Assembly: GCA_964442455.1 (NCBI GenBank)
Contig: CAYTZB010000005.1
Span: 5,152-69,151, forward strand
Reading direction: 5' to 3'
Source of the DNA: an uncultured Gammaproteobacteria bacterium
GTDB lineage: Bacteria; Patescibacteriota; Microgenomatia; UBA8517; JACQJR01
DNA length: 64,000 nucleotides
Positions 1-9,706 of this stretch are shown here, piece by piece; position 1 is the stretch's first letter; the number at the start of each line of letters is the position of its first letter. A program made the translations under genes and the position numbers. Under the pieces are notes generated by a model. It did no database searches. It was given only the letters and a program-made list of their open reading frames with translations, and was not told the origin of the DNA.

Positions 1-983
1 GCAGGGGCAATACCAATGTTTGAATAATAAAGCTTCGGTATTCCAAAAAGGAATAAAAAGATGCTCGATAAAAACCAAATAATTAAAAAGGTAATTTGCT
101 TATAACTGTTTTTTTTATTAAGAATTAAATAAAAGAAATAAAGTAGCAAAGTAGAAAGTATTAAAACTTGGGTTGTTTTATTGCCCGTCACAAGATTATC
201 ATTTACATGTAAAATTAATTTATTCCAATATGCAAACAGCGGGAAAGTTTCCGATTGAAATTTTCCAATTGATGTAAATGTTTCAATAAGCGTTGTGACC
301 GTTCTAAAACCAAACTTTATTTCAGCAAGTACGAATGTTGAGACTGAAATGGAAAAAGAAAAAAGTGATACCAAAATTCTTGGAATTGTCATTTGGGGAA
401 TTATCTCTTTCTTAAAAATCGCAACGATGATTACAAAAATAAAGCTTAAATAGATGAGAAAAAATTCAAACTGAATTGATAAGCCAAGAGCAAAAAGAGA
501 GACTGGCAAACCAATCCAATTTTTCTTAAAAACAAAAAATGCCAATCCTGCATAAAACGTCATTACTGTTAATACCGCCGGTGCAGGATTGCCAAAATAG
601 AGTGCATACTGTGTTTGCTCAAAAGAAACAGCGTACAAAAATCCTGCAAGCACTCCTGCTACCGGATTGAAAAGTATTTTTCCTATCCAAAAAATACTAA
701 AAACTCCGAGAGCATTAAGAATAAGTAAGAATGCAGCGGGAATTTCCGGATTGCCTCCGCTCAACCAGTAGAACGGACCAATAAGATACCAATAAAGAGG
801 ACCATGGAAAAGATTTTCTGCGGCCGTTGAGGGACCAATAATTTTGAAATTGAAATTCTTATATATATCTAATGATTCGAACGCATCTCGTGCTTGGTCA
901 AAACCGAAATAAACATTTTCAGGAAAATAGAGAAACCTTATGGCGCAAGCTAGGATAAATGTTAGGAACAAAAATTTTTTCAT
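1..983 (-). CDS. ArnT/PMT-like GT-C membrane glycosyltransferase (runs off window)
   Basis: Not in ORF track; ATG at 983 gives MKKFLFLTFILACAIRFLYFPENVYFGFDQARDA..., the same N-terminal loop motif as paralogs at 20140 (YYDQGRDA) and 21744 (LGDEGRDA). Confidence 0.8.
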   Translation of the reverse strand, partial: MKKFLFLTFILACAIRFLYFPENVYFGFDQARDAFESLDIYKNFNFKIIGPSTAAENLFHGPLYWYLIGPFYWLSGGNPEIPAAFLLILNALGVFSIFWIGKILFNPVAGVLAGFLYAVSFEQTQYALYFGNPAPAVLTVMTFYAGLAFFVFKKNWIGLPVSLFALGLSIQFEFFLIYLSFIFVIIVAIFKKEIIPQMTIPRILVSLFSFSISVSTFVLAEIKFGFRTVTTLIETFTSIGKFQSETFPLFAYWNKLILHVNDNLVTGNKTTQVLILSTLLLYFFYLILNKKNSYKQITFLIIWFLSSIFLFLFGIPKLYYSNIGIAP

Positions 984-985
984 TA

Positions 986-2650
986 TTATATTTTTCTAGT
1001 CTTAACAATCCTGTAGGCAACCACTCCATCGGGATAAAAAATTTCACGGATAAGCTCGAGTTTATGTTCTTTAATCTGACCGTAAGAAATTGTTAAACTA
1101 TCACCTATTAAATATTGTTCTATTGATAAGTCCTCCTCCCAAAAAATAGCGCGGGTTTTAATGTTTCCAATAATTTTGGTCCTATTGCGATTCATGTTTG
1201 TGTAATACTCGGAAAGGGGGACTTCGTAATTTTCCTCTTGATATTTCTCTGGCGGGTATTTTAATAAAAACAAAAATTGGCTATAAGGTTCAAAACGTGT
1301 ATTATCAACAACAATCGGCAACTTTGGATCAAGTTCATATTTTACAGTTTTTACAACTTCTTCCCATCCGTAATCCCAATAGAAACCCCGGAAATGTTCA
1401 TTAAGAATAATTGCCGAGCTATAAAGTTTAGCAATAGAATACAGGACAAGAATAACTAAAAGAGATAGCGCTCCAATTTTCAAGAGACGGTTTTTAAGAT
1501 GTTCCCAAAAACCAATCATACCTAAACTAATAATAATCAGCTGTGGAACAACAAGCGGAAGCGCTCGAATTGTTGAATAAGGATCACGAGTGAGTGCTGC
1601 TGGTATTGGAGCAATAAGAAGAAGGACAAGTGTAAAAAAACGAAGCTCGCCCAAATCGCGCCTTTTTACTAAAAGATACAAACCATAAAAGTAAAAAGGA
1701 AACTGCCATATAAAAAATGTTGCAAGTTCAGGGTATGAATCCCGAAAACCAGAGTCTCCCAGAATAAACATATTGCGCGGGGAAAAGTATGAAACATAAA
1801 GTGAGGCAAACTCCCAAGCAGATAGAAACCATGAACTATTAATAATAGGAGAAAAGACACCACTGTAATCTTCTAAAAACCCGGCAGGCATTTGTCGCTC
1901 GTGCGAGAGAATGTTTAGTCCGGATGCTCTGGCCAAAAACCCGGGAGTAAACATTATACTTAGTGTTGGTAAAGATATTAGTATCCCAACTATCAGAGCA
2001 GTTATTGTGAACCGTCGGAAGCCTTCTGCGAAAAGTTTTTTCCTGTACTTTAAAAAAAGTATCAAAATAATTGCTGGCGTTACTATTCTTTGGGAATGAT
2101 AGGAAGGAATGGCAATTGCGAACATTATTGCTGACAGCAAAAACCAAATCGGCCGTTCAAGTCCCCGGTAGAAAAAATAAACGCCGGCAACAAAGAAAAA
2201 TAACGCAACATTGCATTCAAAATTTGTCCTAGCGAAAACTATATGCCATGGTGAAATCGCCAGTAGTAAAGTAGTTAAAAAAGAAATTGAAATAGCCACT
2301 TTTGGCGGAGATATTTTTCTAATAAGCAAAAAAAGTATAGGAAAAGTTAAAATACTGAAAATAAATGACGGAAGACGAACAGTAAACGATGTCAAATCAA
2401 ATACCGGGATAAGAGGAACGATTAAATAAATATAAACAGGGGTTTTAAAGTCTATAAAAGAACGGAATACAAAAGGAAATGGTTTTCCAAACTCATCTTT
2501 CCCAGTTTGAAGTATGGAATAAGCATTGTAACCCTGACCCGCTTCGTCTATGTAAAGACCCGCCGGGGCTTCACCCAGTTTATAAAAACGTACGAATATC
2601 GCAAGTCCCAAGACAATAGCAAATAAAATAAAAAGGATAATTTTTTTCAC
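986..2650 (-). CDS. ArnT/PMT-like (GT39-type) membrane glycosyltransferase
   Basis: TM1 then YIDEA acidic motif, GKDEFG, ISPWHIVFAR; many TM segments. Confidence 0.8.
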   Translation of the reverse strand: MKKIILFILFAIVLGLAIFVRFYKLGEAPAGLYIDEAGQGYNAYSILQTGKDEFGKPFPFVFRSFIDFKTPVYIYLIVPLIPVFDLTSFTVRLPSFIFSILTFPILFLLIRKISPPKVAISISFLTTLLLAISPWHIVFARTNFECNVALFFFVAGVYFFYRGLERPIWFLLSAIMFAIAIPSYHSQRIVTPAIILILFLKYRKKLFAEGFRRFTITALIVGILISLPTLSIMFTPGFLARASGLNILSHERQMPAGFLEDYSGVFSPIINSSWFLSAWEFASLYVSYFSPRNMFILGDSGFRDSYPELATFFIWQFPFYFYGLYLLVKRRDLGELRFFTLVLLLIAPIPAALTRDPYSTIRALPLVVPQLIIISLGMIGFWEHLKNRLLKIGALSLLVILVLYSIAKLYSSAIILNEHFRGFYWDYGWEEVVKTVKYELDPKLPIVVDNTRFEPYSQFLFLLKYPPEKYQEENYEVPLSEYYTNMNRNRTKIIGNIKTRAIFWEEDLSIEQYLIGDSLTISYGQIKEHKLELIREIFYPDGVVAYRIVKTRKI

Positions 2651-3465
2651 CGTAAGAAAATTCTAATTAATTCAGGGATTGTAAATATTAAAAAAATTGC
2701 AAATGAAATTTGCACCATTTTTTTCTGCTTAAATTTAAAATTGTTAATACCGTGAATGATAATTACCGAAAGAGGCAACCATAAAAGAAAATCGTTTCTG
2801 TCAAAAATTTGGAGTATAGACAAAGATAATAAAGAACCCACGAGAAGAATTACTACAAATTTACAATATTCATGTTTACCCAAGTAATAAAAGCCAAACA
2901 AAAGAAAAATAATACCTAAGAATGGGAATTTATTTAAGTTTTGATTATCTATTAAAATTTCTCTTGGATGAAAGTTAAAGAAATAATTATTGGGGTCAAC
3001 GAGAGTAAAAAAATTATTATTGAATTTATTGATAAAAATACGCGGTTTATTCTGGAAAAATCTCGCTGTTTCAACTGTGGGGTAAAGATACCCTTTACTT
3101 ATAACCTCCTGCTGGGCCTCATAATCGGGTTGGAAAATTGTCTGCCCCCAAAAAGGTTTCCAGTTAACAAATAAGACAAGAAGTGAAAACAAAGCAAAAA
3201 TTAAGTTTCTCTTTTCCCTGTCAAGAAGGTAAATAACAAAAACAACTATTAAGGGAAATACAGCAAGTTTTGGTTCTATAAATGGAATTGCAATAAGCGG
3301 TAAGGGATAGAAATTAACTTTGTATTTTAACAAGAAAAAACTTAATGCTACTAGAAAAGCCGGTATCGCATATCTAGCAAAATCACTGGAGATGTTAGAT
3401 AAAAACAGACTTAATGGCCAAAATACAAGGCATGAACTAATAGTTATAATTTTTAACTTATTCAT
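2647..3465 (-). CDS. Membrane protein resembling the C-terminal part of GT-C proteins
   Basis: Multi-TM; FTLVDPNNYFF resembles paralog motifs; overlaps both neighbours. Confidence 0.6.
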   Translation of the reverse strand: MNKLKIITISSCLVFWPLSLFLSNISSDFARYAIPAFLVALSFFLLKYKVNFYPLPLIAIPFIEPKLAVFPLIVVFVIYLLDREKRNLIFALFSLLVLFVNWKPFWGQTIFQPDYEAQQEVISKGYLYPTVETARFFQNKPRIFINKFNNNFFTLVDPNNYFFNFHPREILIDNQNLNKFPFLGIIFLLFGFYYLGKHEYCKFVVILLVGSLLSLSILQIFDRNDFLLWLPLSVIIIHGINNFKFKQKKMVQISFAIFLIFTIPELIRIFLR

Positions 3466-5780
3466 TTATTTCTCCTTAAAAAGATAACCAAAAGTAAGAG
3501 TAATGCGACAGAAACACCTGTTATCTTGATACCATTGTAAAAGGAATCTGGTTCGTAGACAAATCTAATCTCATGCTCGCCTGCAGGAACATTAATTGCG
3601 CGAAAAGTATAATTGGCTTTATAAATTTTAGTTTCTATCCCATCAACAAAAGCCTTCCAGCCGGGATACCAAGTTTCGTCCACAAATAGAAATCCATAAA
3701 CGGGCGTTGAAACATTTAAAATGTTTTCCTGCTCTTTATAAGACAAATATTTCACTTCCGATGCAATCCCTTTTGTCAAATTTGTCAAAGTTGACTGTTT
3801 CGCCAAGACAAGTTCACTCAAGAATATTTTCTTGCCGGCTTCAAACTCCGAATCCAGCATTTTCTGCAATATCTTGTCGCTATCACCTTCAGTTTCCCAA
3901 TCAAATACCATAAATGCCCGAGGCAATGCATCTTTATTCTCTAGTACCACAACACTTTTATCCCGAAATACTTCTTTGTACTTCTCAATATCAACTACAC
4001 CCAAGCTACCACCTTTTACCAACACATATTTTGTATTAATTAAAGGAGATTCCCGATTTGTAATAATTCCGTATCTATCTTGTGGCTTAGCACCTGCATC
4101 ATTGCTATTTATAACTCCTATAAATTTTGCCATTTCAAATGGGTAAACCGCATCGTATCCGCTAATGCTCTCAATTTTGTAAGGAATAAATAAGTTTGCC
4201 GGGACAACATTTGCGCCATCAAACCGAAACGGCTGTTTCTGATTTTTCAGAAATTCTATAATTGGAGTTTCTGGATAAACTATATGGCGAGAAACGAAAG
4301 GTGTAAATTTCCAGCCAAAATAAAAAAGTTCTGTTAATAAAATCAAGAAAAACCCGCAAACTACAAGTTGCTTGGGAATTTTCCACTTTGTTAGAAGCAA
4401 AAACGCTATTAATACTCCCACCAAGGAAGCGAATGGCAAAATCAAATTCCTTATTGCAACTTTCTGCTGCCATTCTTCATGAATACCAAAAAATGCATAG
4501 AACAAAAAGCTAAGTAAAATTATAGTTGGTACAAGGATAGAGATTTTAAGAGAAGTCTTTGTGCGGCCCAAAACATAATCCATCCCAATTGCTGCCATTA
4601 AAGAAATTGAAAGCGTGAATAAAACAAGAGCGCGCAACGAAACCCCCGCTTGTATTCCTAGGGGGTTTGTCTGCCAAAGAAAAAGAGAAATTGGTGTGGG
4701 AAAGGCAAGAAGCAAAGATAAGACAGTAAGTAAAATTAAAAATTTAACTTCCTTTTTATCTCTCCACTGGTACAAAGTCAAAAACGCCAAAATTATACTT
4801 ACAACCCCAACAAAACCAACAACAGAGGTGTAATTTTTAGGACCCCAATAGTTACCGGTTGCATGGTTACCAAAAAAATCAGGAGCTAAAAATGTTATAA
4901 CCTGTTCCCATGATAAGAAAGCCCATTCCAAGGGTATCACTTCTCCTACTCTTTGCGAGAGGGACATAAGTTCGTACCCTGGTAGAGCTTGTATGGCTGA
5001 AATTCCCAAGCCCAAAAGAGTAAATATCAAAAGGAGTAATGTCTTTCTCCAAAACTTTCCTGTGCTCCAAAAAACAATGAACCAAAATAAAAAAATTGCG
5101 ATTAATGAATAGAAAACAATCTGCGGATATCCAGAAAAAATTTGAAGTGCCAATACTATAGATAAACCAAAAGCTGTCCAGATGTTGCCAGATCTACCCC
5201 ATCTATCAACTAATAAGATAGCCAGTGGAATAAACGCTGCAGTTAATGCATGCGCATTCCATTGAGACCAAATTAGGTTAAATCCCGAAAAAGCAAAAAT
5301 AATTCCTCCAAAAACAGATGAAGTTTTTGAAATTCCCCAATTCCGCAGAAGTAAATAAGTAAATATTGCTGCCAGTAAATGCTGCAATATAACCTGAAGA
5401 CTCCACCCGGTTAATGTATCGGTTAGAAAATAGACAAAATTGGTTGGAGAAAATGGTGCTGATTGAAAATTGGCAAGAAGTGGCGTACCGGATAAAATAT
5501 AAGGGTTCCAGAGTGGCCATTCGCCATCTTTCATTAAATCAATAGCCAGCATCCGCATAGGAAAACTAAAGGATATCGCGTCAGATGTTATTGGGTTTTT
5601 AACTGATACTCCTGCTGGATAGCCCCAATTATAATCAAGCCAGGGAAAGTAAGCGCCAACTACGACATCTGCCGGAAGAGGAACTTTTTTTTCTAGCCAT
5701 ACTGGATAGAAAAAAACAAGAGGAATAAGGATAAGAAGGATAATTGGGAAAAAATTACGCAGTAATTTTACTAATCTCAT
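3462..5780 (-). CDS. YfhO-family (GT-C-like) membrane protein
   Basis: PLWNPYILSGTPLLAN, ALPRAF, YPGWKAFVDG...KANYTFRAI motifs; start moved to MRLVK (5780) to reduce overlap. Confidence 0.8.
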   Translation of the reverse strand: MRLVKLLRNFFPIILLILIPLVFFYPVWLEKKVPLPADVVVGAYFPWLDYNWGYPAGVSVKNPITSDAISFSFPMRMLAIDLMKDGEWPLWNPYILSGTPLLANFQSAPFSPTNFVYFLTDTLTGWSLQVILQHLLAAIFTYLLLRNWGISKTSSVFGGIIFAFSGFNLIWSQWNAHALTAAFIPLAILLVDRWGRSGNIWTAFGLSIVLALQIFSGYPQIVFYSLIAIFLFWFIVFWSTGKFWRKTLLLLIFTLLGLGISAIQALPGYELMSLSQRVGEVIPLEWAFLSWEQVITFLAPDFFGNHATGNYWGPKNYTSVVGFVGVVSIILAFLTLYQWRDKKEVKFLILLTVLSLLLAFPTPISLFLWQTNPLGIQAGVSLRALVLFTLSISLMAAIGMDYVLGRTKTSLKISILVPTIILLSFLFYAFFGIHEEWQQKVAIRNLILPFASLVGVLIAFLLLTKWKIPKQLVVCGFFLILLTELFYFGWKFTPFVSRHIVYPETPIIEFLKNQKQPFRFDGANVVPANLFIPYKIESISGYDAVYPFEMAKFIGVINSNDAGAKPQDRYGIITNRESPLINTKYVLVKGGSLGVVDIEKYKEVFRDKSVVVLENKDALPRAFMVFDWETEGDSDKILQKMLDSEFEAGKKIFLSELVLAKQSTLTNLTKGIASEVKYLSYKEQENILNVSTPVYGFLFVDETWYPGWKAFVDGIETKIYKANYTFRAINVPAGEHEIRFVYEPDSFYNGIKITGVSVALLLLLVIFLRRNK

Positions 5781-6813
5781 ATTCGAAACGGTCTTGAGAA
5801 AACTGTTTAGATATCTGTTGGACGATATGAGAAAGTATTTTTCTCCTCTTTTCGTCATTAATTAATTGGAGCGTCTTCTCAACAAGAGCTTTTTGGGAAT
5901 TCCATAAGAGATTGTCTATAGGTTCAACAAGTATTTCTCTAAAACCCCCTTTATTAACAACAATAGGAATGCACCCTGCTGCCATACTTTCCACAACTGT
6001 AATCCCGAAATGCTCAACCTTTTCTGGCTCTTTTTCCTCATCAACACCAAATCCTGATGCTGACCAAAAAATTTTTGCTCTTGCGTAAAGCGATTTCAAA
6101 TGATTGAAATCTAGGCTTTCAATAATCTCTATTGGGTAACCTCTGGCTTCAAACCTCAAACTTTTAGCAAATTCTTCTCCTCCAATATCGCTTCCTCCTA
6201 CAAGAATAAGCTTCCATCCTTGCAAACCCCCATCAACCATTGTTTTAAATACCGACACTAACACATCTTGCCGTTTTGCTTGAAGGAGCTGGGAAAATCT
6301 TCCAACAGAAAGAATAACATCAGCTTTAGTTTTATGACCCGCCTTGCCGTCGGGCAGGTTTATATCATCGAACTGACCAACATCAACTGGTGGATATATA
6401 ACAACACTATCTACCCCATATTCTTTATCAATAAATTTCTTTGTAAACTTTGAATTACATACAACTTCATAAATTCTTCTTAACTTCAATCGATTAAAAA
6501 GTGATTTTCCTCTCACATTATGAAATGGAACTTGAAAGTGCAGAATATTTTTCTTGGCATATAAGCGTGGAATACTTCCATCTGATAACCAAAAACACAA
6601 ATCATATTCTCTTCCCTTATGAATGCTAGAGACAACTCTCACGCCAGATAAATCTAGCCCCAATCTATCTTCCAGTTTTTTTAATATTCCAGCATCATCC
6701 CATCCTACATCCACCTCCCACCCACTCTTTTTCAAAACGTGAGCAACTGTCATCACATACCGTTCCCCACCACCAAGAGTATCCAAATATGGATTGTAAA
6801 TTGCAGCCCTCAT
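5755..6813 (-). CDS. GT4 family glycosyltransferase
   Basis: GGGERY, LSVGRF, EHFGITVVESMAAG; ATG 6813 overlaps upstream TGA. Confidence 0.88.
   Translation of the reverse strand: MRAAIYNPYLDTLGGGERYVMTVAHVLKKSGWEVDVGWDDAGILKKLEDRLGLDLSGVRVVSSIHKGREYDLCFWLSDGSIPRLYAKKNILHFQVPFHNVRGKSLFNRLKLRRIYEVVCNSKFTKKFIDKEYGVDSVVIYPPVDVGQFDDINLPDGKAGHKTKADVILSVGRFSQLLQAKRQDVLVSVFKTMVDGGLQGWKLILVGGSDIGGEEFAKSLRFEARGYPIEIIESLDFNHLKSLYARAKIFWSASGFGVDEEKEPEKVEHFGITVVESMAAGCIPIVVNKGGFREILVEPIDNLLWNSQKALVEKTLQLINDEKRRKILSHIVQQISKQFSQDRFEYEISKITA
6338..6358. repeat. Short GC-rich palindromic element in frame in the GT4 gene
   Basis: CCCGCCTTGCCGTCGGGCAGG, encodes LPDGKAG in an AT-rich gene. Confidence 0.6.
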
Positions 6814-7748
6814 AGCCTTCTTTGCATTTCCCACAACTTAGCATACGTTATAAATCTGCTCCATCCTTGATAAATTGAAAAGACAACACCAGGTACTCCA
6901 TCCAAAAATCCTAGTTTTAAAACTAACCGATCAAAAATTTCGCCAATGACCGGACGGAAAAATCTCCACCATGTCATTTTCGGATGACCACTCTCAAGTA
7001 AAAGCCTTGCTTCAATTTCCGACCAGTTGTTCGTTTTCTTAACCATATCTGATAAATTATCTTCTTTTAAATGAATGAAAGGATTCTTAAGATATCCAAT
7101 TTCCCCGTTGATTTTTGGTTGTTCGTGTAGTTCACCTTCCCATTTAATTAGTGCGTCCTTTCTCATAAGTCGTATAACATAATCCGGCCACCAGCCTCCA
7201 TGGTGCAATTCTTTCCCAAAAACAAAATTTCGTCTTGGAATAGCATAAGCTACTATACTAGAGTCGGCGGGTGACACGGGTGGAAGGCCTGCCTGCGCAG
7301 GCAGGGGTCCCGATCCCACTTCGCTCTTCGAGCTTCGAGGGACAAGCACGCTGGTACTGGCGGGCCTGCCAGCCGAAGCTTTAGCGTAGGCGGGAGGGAG
7401 AACCCGGGGCAGGACCCGCCGACCACCCGGGGTAGGACCCCGAGCAATCATTTCCATAATTTCCTCTCTTAACTCTGGAGAAACTCGCTCGTCAGGGTCT
7501 ATATAAAAAAGCCATTCACCTTTTGCTACCTCTTTTCCTTGATTCCTCCAGGTATCAAAACTCCCCGGTTTTTGTCTTATCACACGAGCTTTATACTTCT
7601 TCCCAATCTCAAGTGTTTTATCGGTTGAGCCGCCATCCAACAGAATAATTTCTCCTATCCCTTCCACCAGATGGCGGACAGATTCTAAACATTCAGGTAA
7701 TTTTTCAGCAGCATTTTTTGTAAGAACGACAATTGATATCTGTATCAT
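6810..7748 (-). CDS. GT2 glycosyltransferase (beta-1,4-glucosyltransferase-like) with about 58-aa in-frame insertion
   Basis: LDGGSTDKT, IDPDER, GGWWPDY, LHEQP; insertion visible against paralog 8794-9687. Confidence 0.88.
   Translation of the reverse strand: MIQISIVVLTKNAAEKLPECLESVRHLVEGIGEIILLDGGSTDKTLEIGKKYKARVIRQKPGSFDTWRNQGKEVAKGEWLFYIDPDERVSPELREEIMEMIARGPTPGGRRVLPRVLPPAYAKASAGRPASTSVLVPRSSKSEVGSGPLPAQAGLPPVSPADSSIVAYAIPRRNFVFGKELHHGGWWPDYVIRLMRKDALIKWEGELHEQPKINGEIGYLKNPFIHLKEDNLSDMVKKTNNWSEIEARLLLESGHPKMTWWRFFRPVIGEIFDRLVLKLGFLDGVPGVVFSIYQGWSRFITYAKLWEMQRRL
7263..7440. mobile_element. Composite nested palindromic (REPIN/MITE-like) element
   Basis: Terminal IR GTCGGCGGGT (7263-7272)/ACCCGCCGAC (7414-7423); internal perfect palindrome CCTGCCTGCGCAGGCAGG (7288-7305); further hairpins; ACCCGGGG(C/T)AGGACCC duplicated. 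Confidence 0.7.
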
Positions 7749-8698
7749 GGATTAAAACTTCCTTTCCCAAAGTTACCAAAATAATAATCTAACACTCCTC
7801 GCCGCTGCCATGACCGCCCATTGAAAAGAAGACGCGCCGACTCACGAAGTAGCGCAAATCGAGAACGAAGTGGTGCAAAGCGGCTCCCAAAGAGAAGTCG
7901 GTTGCGAGTGATGTAATAATCATTCAACTCACTCCCAATCGCAGAACTTTGCGCAACTTTGTGCCAGAGATAAGCAGATGGAGCATATAAAGTTTTAAAA
8001 CCTGTCATTTTTGCCCTTTGACAAAAATCAGCGTCTTCCCAATATAAAAAATAAGACGGGTCAAGTAGCCCAATTTTTTTAAACACTTCTTTCTTGACGA
8101 ACATACACGCACCGGTCGCAAAATCAGTCTCTGTGGTACTATCGTATTGGCCTTTATCCACTTCATCCACCCCTCGATGGCTTGCCAAAACATTATCCCA
8201 GTTAATCGCTCCCCCCGCATACCATATAACCTTTCCCAACTCTCCCTTCTTATACCTATCTTTGTGGAACTCAAAACCTTTGTAAAAATAAATTTTAGGG
8301 GAAATTATGCCAGCATGCGGGTTATTCTCTGCTGTTTTAATCAATTGAACTATTAAATTCTTATCTGTAATCGTATCGTTATTAAGAAGTACCACGTAAT
8401 CGGCATAGTCTTTTAATGCCGCTTTTATGCCCATATTATTCCCTTCCGAAAACCCTAGGTTATTTTTGTTTTCAATTAATTGAAATTTCGTGGAAAATTT
8501 TGCAAGTGTACGTAAATTTTCAACCGACCCATCAGTTGAACCATTATCAACAACAATAGTTTTGAGTTCTGAGTTTTGCCGTGCGTCGCCAAAGGCTATG
8601 CCGGCGGCGCGAGTTCTGAGTTTTGCAATGCTATCCAAGCATTGCAACGTATCTTCTTTCCCATTCCAATTAAGAATAACAATTGATACTTTTTTCAT
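7745..8698 (-). CDS. GT2 glycosyltransferase (rhamnosyltransferase-like)
   Basis: ILNWNG, VVDNGSTD, NLGFSEGNN, LLNND, FLYWEDADF. Confidence 0.9.
   Translation of the reverse strand: MKKVSIVILNWNGKEDTLQCLDSIAKLRTRAAGIAFGDARQNSELKTIVVDNGSTDGSVENLRTLAKFSTKFQLIENKNNLGFSEGNNMGIKAALKDYADYVVLLNNDTITDKNLIVQLIKTAENNPHAGIISPKIYFYKGFEFHKDRYKKGELGKVIWYAGGAINWDNVLASHRGVDEVDKGQYDSTTETDFATGACMFVKKEVFKKIGLLDPSYFLYWEDADFCQRAKMTGFKTLYAPSAYLWHKVAQSSAIGSELNDYYITRNRLLFGSRFAPLRSRFALLRESARLLFNGRSWQRRGVLDYYFGNFGKGSFNP
8564..8626. repeat. Palindromic element flanked by 16-bp direct repeats, in frame
   Basis: GAGTTCTGAGTTTTGC at 8564-8579 and 8611-8626 around a GC-rich hairpin core. Confidence 0.65.
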
Positions 8699-8796
8699 TT
8701 TGAGCCCTGCGAAAAAACAAGCTCCGCTTATTTTGAGCCCTGCGAAAAAACAAGCTCCGCTTATTTTGAGCCCTGCGAAAAAACAAGCTCCGCTTA
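8698..8796. repeat. 3 x 33-bp perfect tandem repeat filling the intergenic space
   Basis: TTTTGAGCCCTGCGAAAAAACAAGCTCCGCTTA at 8698, 8731, 8764. Confidence 0.95.
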
Positions 8797-9687
8797 TCGG
8801 GTTAAGCGGCGCAGGAGTTTATGAAATACAGTGGGTTTTCTCATACGTTTGGCTACTAACCAATGGTCCAGTTCTCCCTCTGCATCGGTAAGTGTATTAG
8901 TAACCTCCGAAGCATCAAGAGTGATAACCTTAAACTTTTCTGCTTCCCATACCTTCAAATACAGGATAAATTCGGAAAATGCCTGAAGGAGCGACAGCGC
9001 TAACCCATGAACACCATCCTTATATCCCTCTCCAGCTAAAAACCTACTCACAAACTCATTAGTTGGTTTCGTGAGTAAATCTCGCCAATTAAATTTGTAC
9101 CCATCTCTAATTTTTGTTTCTGCTTGAATTGAACTATAGCGGTTCATTCTTTCAAGATATTGAGAAATCGATTGGTAGTTATAGTGAACAATCGCAAATC
9201 TTTCCTGCGCCGGTAAATCCCATCCAACTCCATGGGTCTCGGGTACTGAATGGATAATCTCGCTCCATAAAACACTGCCCTTCTTAAAAAATCGAATCTG
9301 GTAATCTGGCCACCAGCGTGAGTGTCTCGTCCATTGTCCAAAAATAATATTTTTACGAGGAAGGCGATAAAAATCGGCATTGGGCTTTGTTGCTAATTTT
9401 TTTAATTGCTTTGCAAGACTGTCCGGAATCTCCTCATCAGCATCAAGAACTAAAATCCAAGGACCCAAAGCTTTATTAATCGCAAAGTTGCGGGCAGGCT
9501 CAACATAACCAGTTGGCTTGTGCGAATATACTTTTGCCCCCGCCTTTTTAGCTATTTCTTGAGTGGAATCCGAAGATTCCATATCCACCACCACAATCTC
9601 AGGAGCTAAATCTTTTACAGAGGCAAGAGCTCGAGGCAAATTCTTTTCCTCGTTCCAAGTATTTATGACAACCGAAATCTTCGCCAC
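8794..9687 (-). CDS. GT2 glycosyltransferase
   Basis: NTWNEE, VVDMESSD, LDADE, WWPDYQIR. Confidence 0.9.
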   Translation of the reverse strand: MAKISVVINTWNEEKNLPRALASVKDLAPEIVVVDMESSDSTQEIAKKAGAKVYSHKPTGYVEPARNFAINKALGPWILVLDADEEIPDSLAKQLKKLATKPNADFYRLPRKNIIFGQWTRHSRWWPDYQIRFFKKGSVLWSEIIHSVPETHGVGWDLPAQERFAIVHYNYQSISQYLERMNRYSSIQAETKIRDGYKFNWRDLLTKPTNEFVSRFLAGEGYKDGVHGLALSLLQAFSEFILYLKVWEAEKFKVITLDASEVTNTLTDAEGELDHWLVAKRMRKPTVFHKLLRRLTR

Positions 9688-9706
9688 ACATAAATTGTAC
9701 CAGAAG

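Noticed and set aside
7263-7446. Intein or group I/II intron
   Set aside because: No Cys/Ser...His-Asn intein termini and too short for a self-splicing intron core
8698-8796. CRISPR array
   Set aside because: 33-bp units are directly adjacent with no spacers, and no cas genes are present
8490-8891. 133-aa plus-strand ORF with ILSPAKKQAPL repeats
   Set aside because: Antisense read-through of the 33-bp repeat, overlapping two real genes
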